Source of the DNA: Fimicolochytrium jonesii
Lineage: Eukaryota
DNA length: 64,000 nt
Reading direction: 5' to 3'
Assembly: GCF_025526975.1 (NCBI RefSeq)
Contig: NW_026515672.1
Location: forward strand, 1,054,001 to 1,118,000
Shown: positions 8,281-22,399 of the stretch, one piece after another
Layout: every line of letters starts with the position of its first letter
How positions within the stretch are numbered: the first letter of the stretch is position 1
Position numbers and translations under genes: made by a program
The notes under the pieces: model-generated
Databases searched by the model: none
Told to the model about the DNA's origin: nothing
Seen by the model: only the letters and a program-made list of their open reading frames with translations

Positions 8281-11200
8281 ATGCGAGCTTCGTCGTCGGT
8301 CGCAGGCAGCAGCAATACCAGCAGTCCTCAGCGGCTGCCGCCAGGGGCTGCAACAGCCTCCGCAGCCCACACCACTCCGAGACTCAGCAGGACAACGAAG
8401 GGCCAGTCCCAGAATGACAGCACCCAGTATGCATTCCACACAGCGAGCCGCAAATCACGCCCAGAGCTGCACTGGAAGTACATAGTTCAGAGCGAAATCG
8501 TCAGCGTAACAAATGCGCTCAAAAAGTCTCAACGATGGGGCTTTCCGTCGTCTTCCTCCGAACGCAAAAGTCCCCACGGTGACCCCAACGCACCGGTATT
8601 CACTCCCACTTACGACTTCTGCGTGGATAATGCAAGATATGGACACGTTAGCCTCGACGGTGTGCTGGAGTTTACGAAGATGCAGGGGAAGAATGCAAAG
8701 CAGGAGCTTGCTGGATATGAGATGATTCACGAGGTGGGTTATGGGGCGACCAAGATGGCGTTAGCCTGGGAGTTCATCGCAACTCACCACCGGGGCCTTA
8801 GAACACACCCCTATTGCAGGGCTTCTCTTTCTTGCGCGCACGTCTCACGCTGCTACACGGTAACTGAACGATGCATGCGTTTTCCCCACGTTGCCGCGCT
8901 GACGTCCTCGACCTCCATCAGAGCTCAGGGATCTAGATCCTGCTCTCTTGCTAGAGCCGTTTCTAGAGGTCATTCGTAGTCCCGATACTACGGGGCCTAT
9001 CACTGGGGCGGCTCTGACAAGCGTCGAAAAGTTTATCACCTACCGTGTGCTGGGTAAGCAGTCTTGCATCGGAAGTACAGCATCGGATTGTAGCTGAATG
9101 CGCGCTTGCGATTGCAGATCCTAACCACCCGGGACTACCTGCTGCTATTGCTGCCTTGACGGACGCCGTAGTGCGTTGCCGATTCGAGGCCACAGACACC
9201 GTGGCCGATGAAGCGGTTCTGGCAAAGATCCTTGCCTTGCTTCGCGTGATCCTCACGTCGGACACGGGCCAAAAATGTCTGCATGATAAGGGCATCTGTG
9301 AGATGGTGGAGGTGGCTTTCGGAATGATCTTCCAGGGTCGAGTCAATGGTGAGAGTCTTTGCAGGAGTGGTGCTGAGGACGGGGTCTCACCGTGACCGCA
9401 TGCAGAGTTACTTCGAAGATCCGCTGAGCAGACGTTGGTGGTTCTCGTACAAGCGCTGTTTGAAAGGTTAGGAACGTTGTGCCCGTCCATATGCAGACTA
9501 TGGCCTCACTCGTGCGTTACAGACTGTCCGCAATCGTGAAAGCGAAAGAGCACGAAGCAAACTTCCATCACACACGGACGAGATCAACCGGCCTCGACCG
9601 CGAGCCGCATCTGACCCACAATCGAAGGGCAAGCTTTGTTGCTCCTGGAATCTTACGGCGGGGCTCTCGGGCAGACTTGCAAGATGGAAGCGGCCACGCC
9701 TCTTCTTCCCAAGCGGTGGACACCACGTCGCCGTCCATCCAGATGTTCGATGAGCCAGATGAAGGCGCTCCCCGAGACGTCAGTGTGATATCAGTTGGCG
9801 GTTCACCGGGAAAGAACGCAAATGTCGAGCGGACTGGAGCAGATGCCGATGGACCACGGATAGGAGTATCGCGAAACGAGCGGATAATGGCCGACGGAGG
9901 GATGCGAGTCGTGCGTCACGACAGCGGAGTCGCGCGGCCCGTAAACGACAACGCAGCACCTGCAGACGAGTCCCGTTCAGCAGGGAAGCAGCCAGAGCAC
10001 CCATCATCAACATCACCCAGCTCCTCCTCCCACCCTGCCAGTCCAGCAAGATCAGCCGCACCTCCACCGCAGTACCTCCAACCGTTCGGACTGCCGTCGA
10101 TTTTGGAGATGTTGCGTGTGTTGATCACGTTATTGGATCCAAAGAATCGGATGCATACGGATTCAATGCATCGTACCATTTCGTTGGGGCTTTTGCACGC
10201 TGGGTTGGAAGTTGGTGGGCGGTCGCTGGGGAAGCTGATCTCGTGGGAATTGCATAGGGTTGATAGCAAGCCTGCGCCCGCTCAACAAGCGCCATCAACA
10301 TTGCCGTCCACTCAGATCCCTACTGTGGGCGCTGCACCGGAAGGATCCGGTGCCGCTGACACGGGCAGCTCAGCTGGGCCGGATACCTCGGCGGGAGCTA
10401 CTGGTGCGGAAGGAGGTCCCGCCGAGCGAGGATCCGTCGCAACCCCTGAACCAGGCCTCACCGACCCAGACGCTGAAACCTGGGAAGAAGCGGAAGACCG
10501 CACAATCCTCATGGCCAGAGACCTTGTCACAAACGACCTCTGCAAGTATCTCTTCCAGCTTCTCCAAAACAACGCCCTAGCCACCAACGCCACCCCTAGC
10601 GCCACCACCACACGTATCCTCTCCCTCTCCCTCTCCTGCATCACCACCCTCTTCCAGTCCGCCCCGCAGCAACTCAAATTGCAGCAGGAGTGGTACCTGA
10701 ACTGGGCGATGGAGCGGTTGAATGTCGGAATCGCATCGTGGGATATTGAGGAGTGGGAACGGAAACGGCCTGATCGACCTGATGATTTTAGACAGAGTGC
10801 TGCGTCGGCGGCGGGGCAGGCGGCGCAACGGAGGGAGTTACCGATTGGCGGGGAGGCGAGGGACTTGATATTGGAGAGCTTGTCGCAGCTCTGCCATGTC
10901 CCCAGCTTTGCAGTCGAGCTGTACGTGAATTACGACTGTGCCATGGACCGGCCTGTGGATCTGCACGAAGATCTTGTCAAACTGTTGGCAAAGCATTCTC
11001 TCCCCGACTTAACCCCCGGCGGGCCCGTAACCCACACATCCCAACAAGGCATCTGCTTTGACGCCCTTCTCGCCCTCCTCCAACACATGGTAGAACGCAA
11101 AGGCTTCTCCCAACCCCATCGCCCCTCAGCCCCCTCCGTCCCTGCACCGGACGACACACCCACCAACGACCTCTCCCCCGAACGCCTCCGCTACAATAAA

Positions 11201-14200
11201 GAACGCAAGCGTGTGTTGATGGAGGGCTCCAAACGCTTCAATGACGACCCGAGGAAGGGGATCGCGTTCTTGCAGGAACATCAATTCTTGCCGGATCCGG
11301 TCACACCGGATAGTCTCGCGAAGTTCTTGAAGGCGACCCCGAGCATCAATAAGGTGGTGTTGGGGGATTATTTGGCGAAACCGAAGAATTTGGATTTGTT
11401 GAAGGCTTTTGTGGGGTTGATGGATTTTGCGGATGTAAGTTTTCTCGCCCTTTCTTTTCGGGGAAGGTCTTATGTGCGTTCCGGTTTTCTGACGATTATC
11501 GTAACCCTCTTTTGCAGAAATCCTTTGACGACGCGATGCGGACGCTTTTGGAAAGTTTCCGGCTGCCTGGTGAAGCCCAGCAGATCGAGCGAGTTATGGA
11601 AACCTTTGCCAACGCGTACTTTGACGCGGATAAGAGTGAGTTGATCGCCTACCGAACCGGCGTGCATGGCTTGGAGGGCGAGGGCTGATTGAGTGTGTTG
11701 CGTTTAGAAACCGGCCACCAGGATTTGGAGAACGTTAATGCGGTGTTCATCCTTGCGTTTGCCGTTGTGATGCTGAATACTGACATGTATAGCAAGAATG
11801 TCAGAGTAAGTACTTCTTGGGTCGTCGCTCCAGACAGAGATATGATCTAACGACCCGGTTATTGTCAATCAGGCCAAAATGACACTGGAGCAATTCGGGC
11901 GCAATCTCCGCGGCCTTAACGGCGGTAAAGATTTTGCCCCCGAATACCTCGCCCGGATCTACAATGCTATCAAGGAGAACGAAATCGTCTTCCCCGAGGA
12001 ACATGCCGGCGACCTAGGGTTTAACTACCAGTACAGGGAGCTGATAAAAAAATCTGCGGAAGCGGGCCCGTTGATCTCGTGCCATACGAACGTGTATGAT
12101 AAGGATATGTTTTTGAGTGTTTGGAATGCCTTTTTGGCTTCGTTGTCTTATGGTAGGTTCTCCGCTCGGGTTTGCCAGTGGACATCTGCATAGTGAGGAG
12201 ATCGCTGATGAGCGGGTTCTCGAACACAGCCTTCGACAACGCCGAAGACGAGCTCACCCTCCAAAAAGCCATCGTCGGGTACCACCACTGCTCGATCCTT
12301 GCGGCATACTACGGCAATTTCGAGATCCTCGACAATGTCATTGTCGCACTGAGCAAGATGACCGGACTTCTGAAGGAAACGCAACGACTGCCGGCCCCGC
12401 GGACGAAAGTCGGCGGTGAGGCGCAGGACGCCTCGCGCGGGTCGGTGGATCCATGGAGCGTCGAGATTGGTCGGAACTTTAGGGGCCAGATCGCGGCCGT
12501 GTTGATGTTTAGCTTGGTGGATGAGTATGGGACGAGTCTCAAGAAGGGGTGGCGATGGGTAAGGAGGATCAGATGGTGTCTGCGTTGTCGCAGTCCGTTG
12601 ACGTTTATTAACATGCTCTTTTCGCAGGTCATCGCCTGCGTCCGCAACATGTTCCTCCACAACCTCCTCCCCGACTCCCTGATCCAAGCCGAGGACTTCA
12701 TCAAAGGCACCATCCTCATCCCACGCGTAGCCGATGCGGGCGCCGTGCAACGCGCAGCCGCGGCAAACGCGAGACGCGAAGCAGGACTGTTCTCGACGCT
12801 ATCCAACTTTCTGTCTTTGGGATCCAATACGGGGGATGAGTGGGATGATTATGAGCCTATGCCGGGCGATATGGAGTGGCAGGAGCGTGCGATACGATGC
12901 GTCGCAGCTTGTAAGATTGATGTGATGTTGGCTGATACGAGGTGAGGCATGGTGTGCTTTCACGGCGGAGCACAGTACGCAGCATAGTCGCTGAGAAGGG
13001 AATGTCGTATTTTCTATTTCAGATTTTTGGAAGAAGATACCCTCCGATTCCTTATCGATGCCCTCGTCCAAGCCTCCATAGCACCCGAAAACGGCGTGCC
13101 CGGCCAACTCAAAGCAAACGGATCCCAACAGCAGCGACCACCTAACGACGACGGATCTACAGGGCCGCCATCTACCCCGCAAACGACGGTGGAACAGCCG
13201 CTGAAATATGATACAGCGGTCGTGTTTTTGTTGGAGGTCATTGTCTCGATTGCGATGCATAACCGCGATCGGATATCGGTTGTGTGGCCGATGATAGCGA
13301 ACCATTTCAGGAAGATATTGCAACATGCGAATGAACATCCGCCTGTGCTGGTGGAGAGGGCTGTCATGCATCTCCTGAGATTGATTGGTCGGACTGGACA
13401 TAAGGTACGGACTTCAAAGAATATCGTTTCAGTCTTCCGGAGTGAGAGTTCTCACCTACTGACACCATTGGACTTCACAGGACGAAATGCTCCACCAACT
13501 AGTCGACGCCTTCACCCCCCTCAAAACCATGTCTCAAGACTCTTTCAACGCCTTCGCCGAACAATTCATGACCGGTCTTGTCACCATCCTCAAATCCGAC
13601 CCGACTATCATCACCCGCAACACCCGCTGGACTCTCTTCCTCGACCTCCTCGCCCGCGCCTCGATGCATCCCGATGCATCTCGCCCGAGTTTTGAGGCCG
13701 TGTGTATACTGCTGAGCGATCATGTTGATTCGTGTGTCAACCAGGATAATTTTGGAGATTGGGTCGATCTGCTGATTGGGTATGCGGCGGCTGCGGGGCA
13801 GGGTGGGGGGGCGACGAGTCCGGTTGGTGGGAGTGCGAATCTGAGTGCGAGAGCGTTGGTCAACGGAACCGGTGGGAGTGGGAGTGGGCCGTCGAGTCCG
13901 AGGTTGGGGAGGGAGAGTACGGCTTTTAGGAGGTAAGGGGAGGAGGAAGATAGGGCCGGGCATGGTGTTGGTCTGCGCTTTCCTAGACTGACCGTGTATC
14001 TCCATTTATGTTAGCCAAATTATCTCACAGGCGCATGAGCAAGCACTGCGTGCGCTGGAAGAGCTGTACAGGCTCCACACCAGAATCCCGGTTTTGGTGG
14101 AGAAGACGGGGATGAACCGGAATCGAGGTATGAGCTAAATCTGTAAGGGGAAGGGGCTCTGGCAAACGCCGTATCCTAACCGCACGTCGGTTTCGTTTCT

Positions 14201-15159
14201 ACTAGCCTTTTTCGAGTTCTGGCTCCCAGTCCTCTCCGGCCTCAGCCAACAGTCCTCCCACCCCGCCCTCCAAGTACGCGTCTGCGCGCTAACCTTCCTT
14301 CAACGCGGCCTCCTCTCCCCACAACTCGAATCCGCCTGCTCAGGCGGCACCGACGGGGTCTCGCAAAACCTCTGGGCCGAATGCTTCGAAAACGTGCTCT
14401 TCCCCATGCTCGACGAGCTCCTCCGCCCCGAAATGCAGAAACTGGACCCGATGGAGATGGATGTCACGCGAATGCGCGCCTCGGCATTGTTGTGTAAGGT
14501 GTTTTTGCTGTCGGTGCCAAAATTGCAGATGTGGAGGGATTTCCCGACGCTGTGGGGACGGATATTGGATTTTATGAGGAGGTATATGGAGGCTGGGACT
14601 TCGGATTATTTGGTACGTGTACATTTTACCCGTTCGGGAACAAGACGGGAGAGCATGTGAGCTGACTTTCGCCCAATCGCTCACGTTACAGCGCGAAGGC
14701 GTCCAAGAATCTCTCAAAAATATGCTCCTCGTTATGTCCACCCTCGGCGTACTATACCCTCCCGCGGCGGACGCACCACAAAACCAACCGAATCTGTGGG
14801 ATCCGACGTGGCGGTATATTGGTACATTCCTGCCTGACCTCCAGTCGGAGCTGTTCCCTCCCCCGACGGCGCCGTTGCAGGGTGATGCGCGGGTGCCGCA
14901 GCAGCCGCAGGTGGAGGGACATCAGCAGCAGCTGGCGAGTCTGCCGGCGCAACAGACATACCCCGAAGTGCAAACACAGCATCAGCAGGAGTATCAACAA
15001 CACCAAGAGGCCTCAGCGACCCATGATGAGCACCACCAACAACCCGCCCACCATCCATATCAACAATTACAGTATCAGCAATCATCCGCCACAGACGCGC
15101 TCGCAAACATCGCAGCGAAAGCCGAGGCCCTCGCCGGCGCCAACGAGACGGCGCCTTGA
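8281..15159 (+). CDS. GEA2: Large ARF guanine-nucleotide exchange factor, Gea1/2-GBF1 subfamily (multi-exon)
   Basis: N-terminal DCB region (PYCR...FLEVIRSPDTTGPITGAALTSVEKF, VVRCRFEATD), HUS box ELYVNYDC, Sec7 catalytic FRLPGEAQQIERVMETFA (~11557-11610) and AVVMLNTD, plus C-terminal HDS regions (CFENVLFPMLDELL, EGVQESLKNMLLVM). Confidence 0.93.
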
Positions 15160-15714
15160 AAGTAAAGTTATGCGCAGGGGATGCTCTGGGGGGCGTATTC
15201 ACTGAATTCGAGAACAGTATACTGTATATATTCATATCGCCGTATAATCGAGACGAAACGTACTGTACGTGCAAAGCAGGTTAGGCCGTCGCTTTTGTGT
15301 TTGTGTTGGATGTAGGCTATTGTCACCTAGTACCTGTACATATATGCAATTCTGACCACAGTAGTCATCTTCGATGATCGGCGGGTTGTCTATATGTACC
15401 TACTATGTATGTACAGTCCATCATATCACGCCGTGTATCCGGCCATGGCGAGGAATCTCTCATAGTAGAGGATTGCTTGTGGTGTGCTCCCACGCGTGCC
15501 GTCATCAGCAGGCGGCGTGAAAACGCGTCCCATCCGGTGGCATCTTGACTGAAATGCACACGGCGACCAACCAGACCCACCACCGGGAAGACCTTATGCA
15601 GGCTTCTCTACGGCTGAGCAGATAGATATAGATATAGTATCACAAGCAGGCGGTGCCTCTGCGCGGGTCATATCAAACCCAGCTCTCCAACGACCACCTT
15701 CGTCAAGAACCGAA

Positions 15715-18700
15715 ATGGCGACCACCGCCCTCCCGAACCCCACCCTGGACGTCTACTCCCTCGCGCCCCTCCTAATCATCAACAACGACGGCGCAGAGCT
15801 CGTAGACGGGCGGTTCGAAGGCGAAGGCAGCGTCACATTCTCCACCGGCAATACTTATGTCGGGCCATTTCGGAATGGCTACATGGAAGGCAACGGCACG
15901 TACACTTGGGCGGCGACTGGGACGACCTTCCAGGGCGATTTGAAGAAGAATAAGATTGTCGGGTCGGGGACGTACACTTGGTAGGATCTGCGAGCGATTG
16001 TGACCGACTGCGATGAGGGACGCGAGGAACCGGGATGCTTGTGGCAGTCACGAGGTTGACCAGCGCGAACGCCTTTGCGAGCGAAGCGAGCACGACATTG
16101 CGTCAAAGGCCCAATGCTCCCCTCACCCCCGTGTTGTTGATGGGTGCGTGGTAGTGGCCGTTCGATGGTTGATAATTGATAAGTGACGTTCGATGGCTGA
16201 TGGCCGATGGATGATGGGTGATGGTTGATGGTTGATGATGGTTGATGGTTATTGATAACCTCGGCTGATGTGCCTTCTTTTTCGTGTGGTGTAGGAAGAG
16301 CGGCTGTAAATACGAGGGCCAGGTGTCGGATGGCTTGCGACATGGCAAGGGAACGTTCTCGTGCGCGCCCCTGTCATCGGCATGGTATGAGGGGTCCTGG
16401 AATGCCGGCAAGATGTGCGGACAGGTCTGTGCGTGAACTTCCCTGTCCAGCATAAAGGTTTCACTCAAAATCTGACGCCTGCCACTCTTCCATTCTCTAG
16501 GGCAAATTGACATACACCGACAATGCCTCATATAATTACGAAGGCACCTGGCGTGAAGGCTTGAAAAACGGGCGCGGCATCATGCGCTACGCGTCTGGGA
16601 ACGTCTACGATGGCGAGTGGCTGAATAACGTCAAGCATGGCCATGGGGTGATGCAGTGGCTGGATCGGGGGGAGACTTATGAGGGTGCTTGGCAGGTAAG
16701 GCGATTACCCCGGCGGGAAAATCTATCGCAGGATCTAAGGATCGGTCTTCTGATTTTTTGTTGGTCTGCAGAACGGGAAACCAAACGGATATGGACTATA
16801 CACATGGTCCATGCGGCCTGCAAAGTCGCATCAGTTCCCAACGCAGAATCGGTACAAAGGTGCTTCTCCCATGGATTAGACCCCTCTTTCAAACAATGCC
16901 ACGGATTAGACCTCTCATGTTTACCCTTCGGACAGGCAACTGGGAAAACGGCAAACGCAACGGCCAAGGCACCTTCGAGTACGCCAACGGCGCCGTCTAC
17001 ACGGGCGACTGGAAGGACGACATGAAGCATGGGTTCGGCAAATACATCTCGGAGAACGGACGACGTTATGTGGGCGAGTGGAAGAACGACCGGCCCGTGG
17101 GCGGGTTGGAGCCTTATCGGAATGGTGAGGGCCGTCTTTGTGGGAGGGGAAGGTGTCTTGGAAGCACATGATCGCGGACCCTTTTACTGAATGGTGACTA
17201 TGATCAATTAGAATGCCCCTATACGTTCCACCTCGCCGATCTACTCCCCGGAAGTGATGCCAACTCGCTGGAGACCGAACTGCAGCAAGTAAACGACATC
17301 GTCATGCGACATATCCGTAAGTCCTCCCTCCTCACAATATCTTTTCCAGCCATCCACTCAACTGACCACATACTATTCACAGAGGACCTCCGAGCGATCT
17401 ACAGCTTCTACGCCGATAATGGCCTCTCCAGACGGTCTCATAAAGGGTCGCCGATGACATTGGTCGATCTGTGTCGACTGATTAAGGATTGTGGGGTGTT
17501 GGATCGGAAGGTAACTTTGGGTAAGGTTGGGATTTTGAAGTGATCTTTTGAATGGTTTGGAGAGCGAGACTGATTGGTGGAATTAGCGGATTGCACGAGG
17601 ATATATGCACGGCAGTTTAAGGATGATGATTGTCATGTGGAGCAGTATCAGGTATGTGTGTTCCCATTCGCGGCTACCTATGGAAACCTGATCCATCTTA
17701 CCCTCCCTAGGCACCCCACGACCCCGCCCAAACCTTCATCCTCCACGACTTCCTCCACTTCCTCCTCCGCGTCTCCCACCTCCTCTACGCCCACACCCCA
17801 AACCTGTCCCTTCACTCCACCGGCCTCGCCGCCTCCTTCTCCCACTTCATCAAACACGACCTCCTGCCGAACATCACCTTCCACACCCCAACCGACGACA
17901 TCACCACCTTCCAAGCAGAGCTCCGCTGCTTCTTCGAGGACAGGTACGCGGACACCCTTTACGCGATGTATGACGAGCGCGCGCGTTTCAGACCCGGGAA
18001 ATCACTGCCGGGGAGTAGAGGGGATAGGACGTGGACGTTTAGAGATGTCACGCTTGTGGTCGGCGAGTATGGGCTGCTGACGAATAGGGATAGTCTGTTG
18101 ACCATGACGACGGTTGTGGAGGTGCTGTCTGGGGGTGGGAAGCGGATTGTTGAGGACGGGTGTTATAACCTGGAGCATGAGGTATGGCTGACGGGTTCTG
18201 GATTTACGGCTGGATATCATATGGTTTTGGGTGCCTGATGGCATAACCTGTAGATGTTATCCACCGAATGGTTCGACGGAACTTACGACGCCATCCTCCT
18301 CGTGCACCACTCCTACTTCACCACCCACGTCCTCCCCACCGTCTTTGGCATCGACCCGCCCCACCACCCCAACCCACTCCAACCCCACGACCAGCATAAC
18401 CACAACCATAATCAGAAAAACCCCAACCACAGCTCAACAGACTCCTTCCTCAGCGAAGTCAAATCCTTCTCCCGCCATCTCCTCACCGACGACACGGACC
18501 AACCCTCCCCACCTGCGGAAACCACCGAGAAACATGCCGAGAAACGGGGGAAGGACAAAGAAAACGGGAATGGGGTTGGGAATAGGCCCGGGTCGTCGGG
18601 CAGGGGGCACGGGAAGGAGGAGAAGGACGCTCGGGTGCATAAAGAGGAGTCGGGGCATCGGAGTCCGTTGCTGGGGCACGAGGGGCCGGCGGCGGTGGCG

Positions 18701-19435
18701 GCGGGGAAGGAGTCGAGGATGTCGACTTCGGTAGGGTTCATTTATCGCTTTCGCATTGATTGTTTGCGGATCAGAGAGATGGGGACTCACGCGCACCCAT
18801 TGTTTTTTTTTTCTTTTCTTCGCAGAACGCAAAACGCAACCCCGCAGCCGGAGGCCGTCGCCACTCCAATGTCCGTCCGACCGAAAAAGACCGCGACAGA
18901 CAAGAGAAAGAGAAAGAGAAAGAAAAGGCCGAAAGCTTGGAGACGTCCCACGCCTCATCCCGCGCTAAATCGAAATCCAAGTCGAATCTCCGCCTTGCTC
19001 ACCCTGCCCCCGCTCCCGCTGCCAATAACATTAGTAATGCGCCTGCCGCTACGACGACAGCAGCGGTTGGCGCAACGGGTGTCGGTGATGGTGGTGCGGC
19101 GGCGGAGGGTGAGGAGAAGGAGAAAGAGGATACGAGCAAGCGGGAGACGCCGGTGGGGAGTGTAGAGGCCTTGGAAGAGGAGAGGGTGGCCCTGACGCAG
19201 GAGCAGATTGGTGAGTCCTTTCCGTCATCTCATCCGCTCAACCCGGGGTTTTTGCCTCCTCTCACATCCCATGACATAATCTTCGATCTTTCTTTTTTTT
19301 TTTGCGGTTGCCAAAGTCACATCGGTAATCGAAGAATACAAACGCCGCATCGTCTCCAGCTACGAGAAGCTGGTGCGCGAACATACGGAGTGGCGAAGGC
19401 GCGCTTCGTATATCAAGGAGATCCAGCGGAGGTGA
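15715..19435 (+). CDS. RSPH10B: MORN-repeat radial spoke head 10-like flagellar protein (multi-exon)
   Basis: About 10 MORN repeats (YEGxWxxGxxxGxG) across the exons, QFPTQNRYKG, then LRAIYSFY...LCRLIKDC. The last exon ends TGA at 19435. Confidence 0.8.
16074..16256 (+). repeat. Dispersed intronic repeat, copy A (37-nt core plus GAT/GGTT microsatellite tail)
   Basis: TTTGCGAGCGAAGCGAGCACGACATTGCGTCAAAGGC matches 50158-50194 at 35 of 37 positions. Confidence 0.75.
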
Positions 19436-20010
19436 TAGCGAATAGAAACACAATATGAGAAGTTGGTGAAGTTCCGTTGGGTTTGGATCGGATTATGTTT
19501 ACTTGGGTGTCTACGTACATACAGTACTTATAATGATCCATAACACGGATGGTCGCGGTTGCACTAGCCGGGCCATGATTCACCTATTCGTCTACATATA
19601 AAGACTGATTCTTCTCCTATGCGCAATAAATCCTTTGAGGACATACTGTACACTCGCTTCTTCGTCCTTGACAGCCCCTTCATCGAGGATTACCGTGCGG
19701 CGGTCGTGTGCCGAAGTTCCATGGCCGGTGAGTAGATCTATATCATACAGGACGTGCATCGTGTGATGGATACGAACATGGATAATTATGACGCCGAAGC
19801 GTGCGATGTACATACGCCCACCAGCCACGACCCAGCGGTCCAAGCGCAAAGGCGTAGATTGTCGCGTCCATTCGTGCGGCGAGTGTACAATGTGTAATTA
19901 CAAGCTATCGGATAGGGGAATGGTAAAGCGAGGTCCCAAAAATGTGGTGCGAGTTGCCCATGCGTTGGGAGGATGATGCTGCGGACTGGGTGCGCCGAGG
20001 GACGGTTTGC

Positions 20011-21048
20011 CTATTTACAGAACTACAGAACGGAACAAGAAGTGGTGTAAGTGAACACATACGATAAGGACAGACGATGGGAAAGATTCGCCTGCATCCA
20101 TACCTTATCGCTTTTGAGCTTTGCGCGGCGGTCCAGCAGTGTTTCGTTGATGGTGCCTTCCTTGTTGGCGCGCCGGAGTTCGGCCGTGTCCTCTTGGGTT
20201 AGGACCAGACGGCCTCCACCCCAGCTGTGGAACTTCTTACTGTTGAGAGGAGTTCATGGCGTTAGCAGACATTTTCGAGAACCCGAGAGGAAGCGTCCCT
20301 GCAAAACGTACATTTGCTCAATCTCCAACGCCGCAGCATCAACAGCGCCTTCCCTCTTACTCTTCTTCTTCGCCCTAACTTTATTCTCCGCCTGACACTT
20401 AACCCTAAACGTCTCCCGAAACCCCACAACCGTCGAATCAGCCCTTGCCTTCCCCGCCTCATCGCACTGCAAAAACTTCTCAAACGCCGCCGACTGCAAC
20501 GCCACCCCGTCCTCCCGCACCACAAGCTCCCACTCCTCAGCCGGCCCCATCGCCTCGCGTTCACACCCAACGACCCCAATCCGGTCGCTGCCGAGGTACC
20601 TGTCGTTCGCGGCGCGGAAGGACACTTTCGTCGAGTCTGGGAGGCGTTTGGCGACCATGACCTGCGTCACGGCCGAGGGGTCGAAATCGACGAGCGTGTG
20701 GTCGGACGGTATGGGCATAAACTGAACTTTGCTGGTGTTGTCGGAGCAGACGAGGACGCTGGGCGGTTCGGTGGCGGTGGAGAGGAGCATGATAGGCCCG
20801 CGGATGTCGTCTAACGTGTCGATGAAGACCCAGCCTTCCTGCGGCCCGGAATGAGAGGCATCCTCGCGGCCGGGTGGTGTTGCTGCGTCGTCACCGTCTG
20901 CTTCGACTTTTCTTTTCCGCTTCTTCTTCCTGAAAAGAAACGGTACATGGTGGTGAGCGTCGCGCTGGGAAGGAGTTCCCAGACGGCCATTGGCTTACTT
21001 TTCGATGGGATTTTCGCCTTTGAACGCTAGGCGAGACGACTTGCTCAT
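20011..21048 (-). CDS. FRG1: FRG1 family protein (spliceosome-associated, fascin-like fold)
   Basis: MSKSSRLAFKGE start; EGWV; YLGSDRIGVVGCEREAMGPAEEW; KFHSWGGGRL; C-terminal TLLDRRAKLKSDK|FCK* with the final exon ending at 20011. Confidence 0.9.
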
Positions 21049-21263
21049 GGTTGTGAGTTCTGGTAGTGCGGCGATATCGTGCAACGGTGAGGACGGTGGG
21101 GTTGGGAGATGCCGTGATCTGCGGTGAGTTGTCACTTCCGGGTTGAGTTGTCACGTAAGTCGCTTCCCCCCCCACATCTATCACCTCCAAGCCTGGCATC
21201 CCGACAGTCCGCAGCCTTACAACAGAGACACCAGAATTGAAGCCCTCGCAAACAACAACAGCA

Positions 21264-22399
21264 ATGCTCAGAACAGCCCCCCGCAAAGCCCCCAGGTCCC
21301 GCTCCCGGTCCTCATCCCCACCCCCATCCCTTTCTGCATCCACAACAACCCCCTACCGCGCTAGCACCCCCAAACTCACCCCGCAAGTCCAAAAACAACT
21401 CGACGCCCTCACACGAGCGGAGATATCCCTGCAGACGCAAATCACAGAGCTGGCTGAGTCGGCAGGCCCACATATGGAGTTGCTGGCGATGAATGATCGG
21501 ATACGCGCGGAATTGAAGGGGATTAATCGGGGGGTTGAGGTGGGTTTTGAGATGCAAGTGGGGATGGAGTGAGCTGGGTTTTCTTTGGCGGGGTGAGTGA
21601 GTTAGGGAAGTGTGAGGATGAGAACTTATGTGTGCATTTCTTACGGTGTAGAATTTGAGATTTTTGGCGGAAGAGGAGGATCGGCCGTCTGACGCGGAGT
21701 TGATACGGGAGAAGGCAGCACAGCATGAGGAGCAGTATAAACGGTGAGTCAATCAAAGTCTCACCGGCGCTCGGTGTCAGCGTCAAAACCCATGCTGACC
21801 AGGTATTCCCGAATCCAGCCTCCAACTATCACTCCGCCGCTCCAACCTGCAAGCAAAAGCCAACATTGACCGCGCCGCGGCTGCCGAGCGGGAAGAGCTG
21901 CTGAAAGGCGGCACGGACCGTCGGCAGCTGCGTATGCGCAAGATGGCCGACGCGGCTGCCACCGCGCAGGCCAGTTCGGAGCTGACTGACTCGCTACGAC
22001 AGGCGTTGGGCATGATGACGGCCGAGGTGCAGAAGGGGGTGGAGATCACAAAAGCTTTTGGTATGCGGCGTTTTGGATTTGCAAAGGGGGGGGGGGGGGG
22101 GGGGGGGGATGTATGTTCTGAGCTAAGATACGCACCTCCCCATGAAAGACGACTCGACGAAAATCATGCAAAAGACATCTGCCGAATACCGCAGCCTGTC
22201 GATGGTCATCCGCTCCTCCCGGCAACTCATCACCAAGCTCCAGCAGCGGGATTGGACAGACCGGCTGCTGCTGCTGTTCGGCCTGCTGGTTTTTTCGCTC
22301 ACTGTGCTGAGTATATTGAGGCGCAGGCTGTGGATTTGGGTGCCAGGGTGGAAGCTTGTTACGGGGCAGTGCAATGGGGATGAGTGGTTTTGTTTTTGA
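21264..22399 (+). CDS. SEC20: Sec20/BNIP1 ER SNARE
   Basis: Coiled coil followed by LRRSNL, ELTDSLRQALGMMTAEV, SRQLITKLQQRDWTDRLLL and a C-terminal TM segment ending RRRLW; three introns. Confidence 0.88.
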
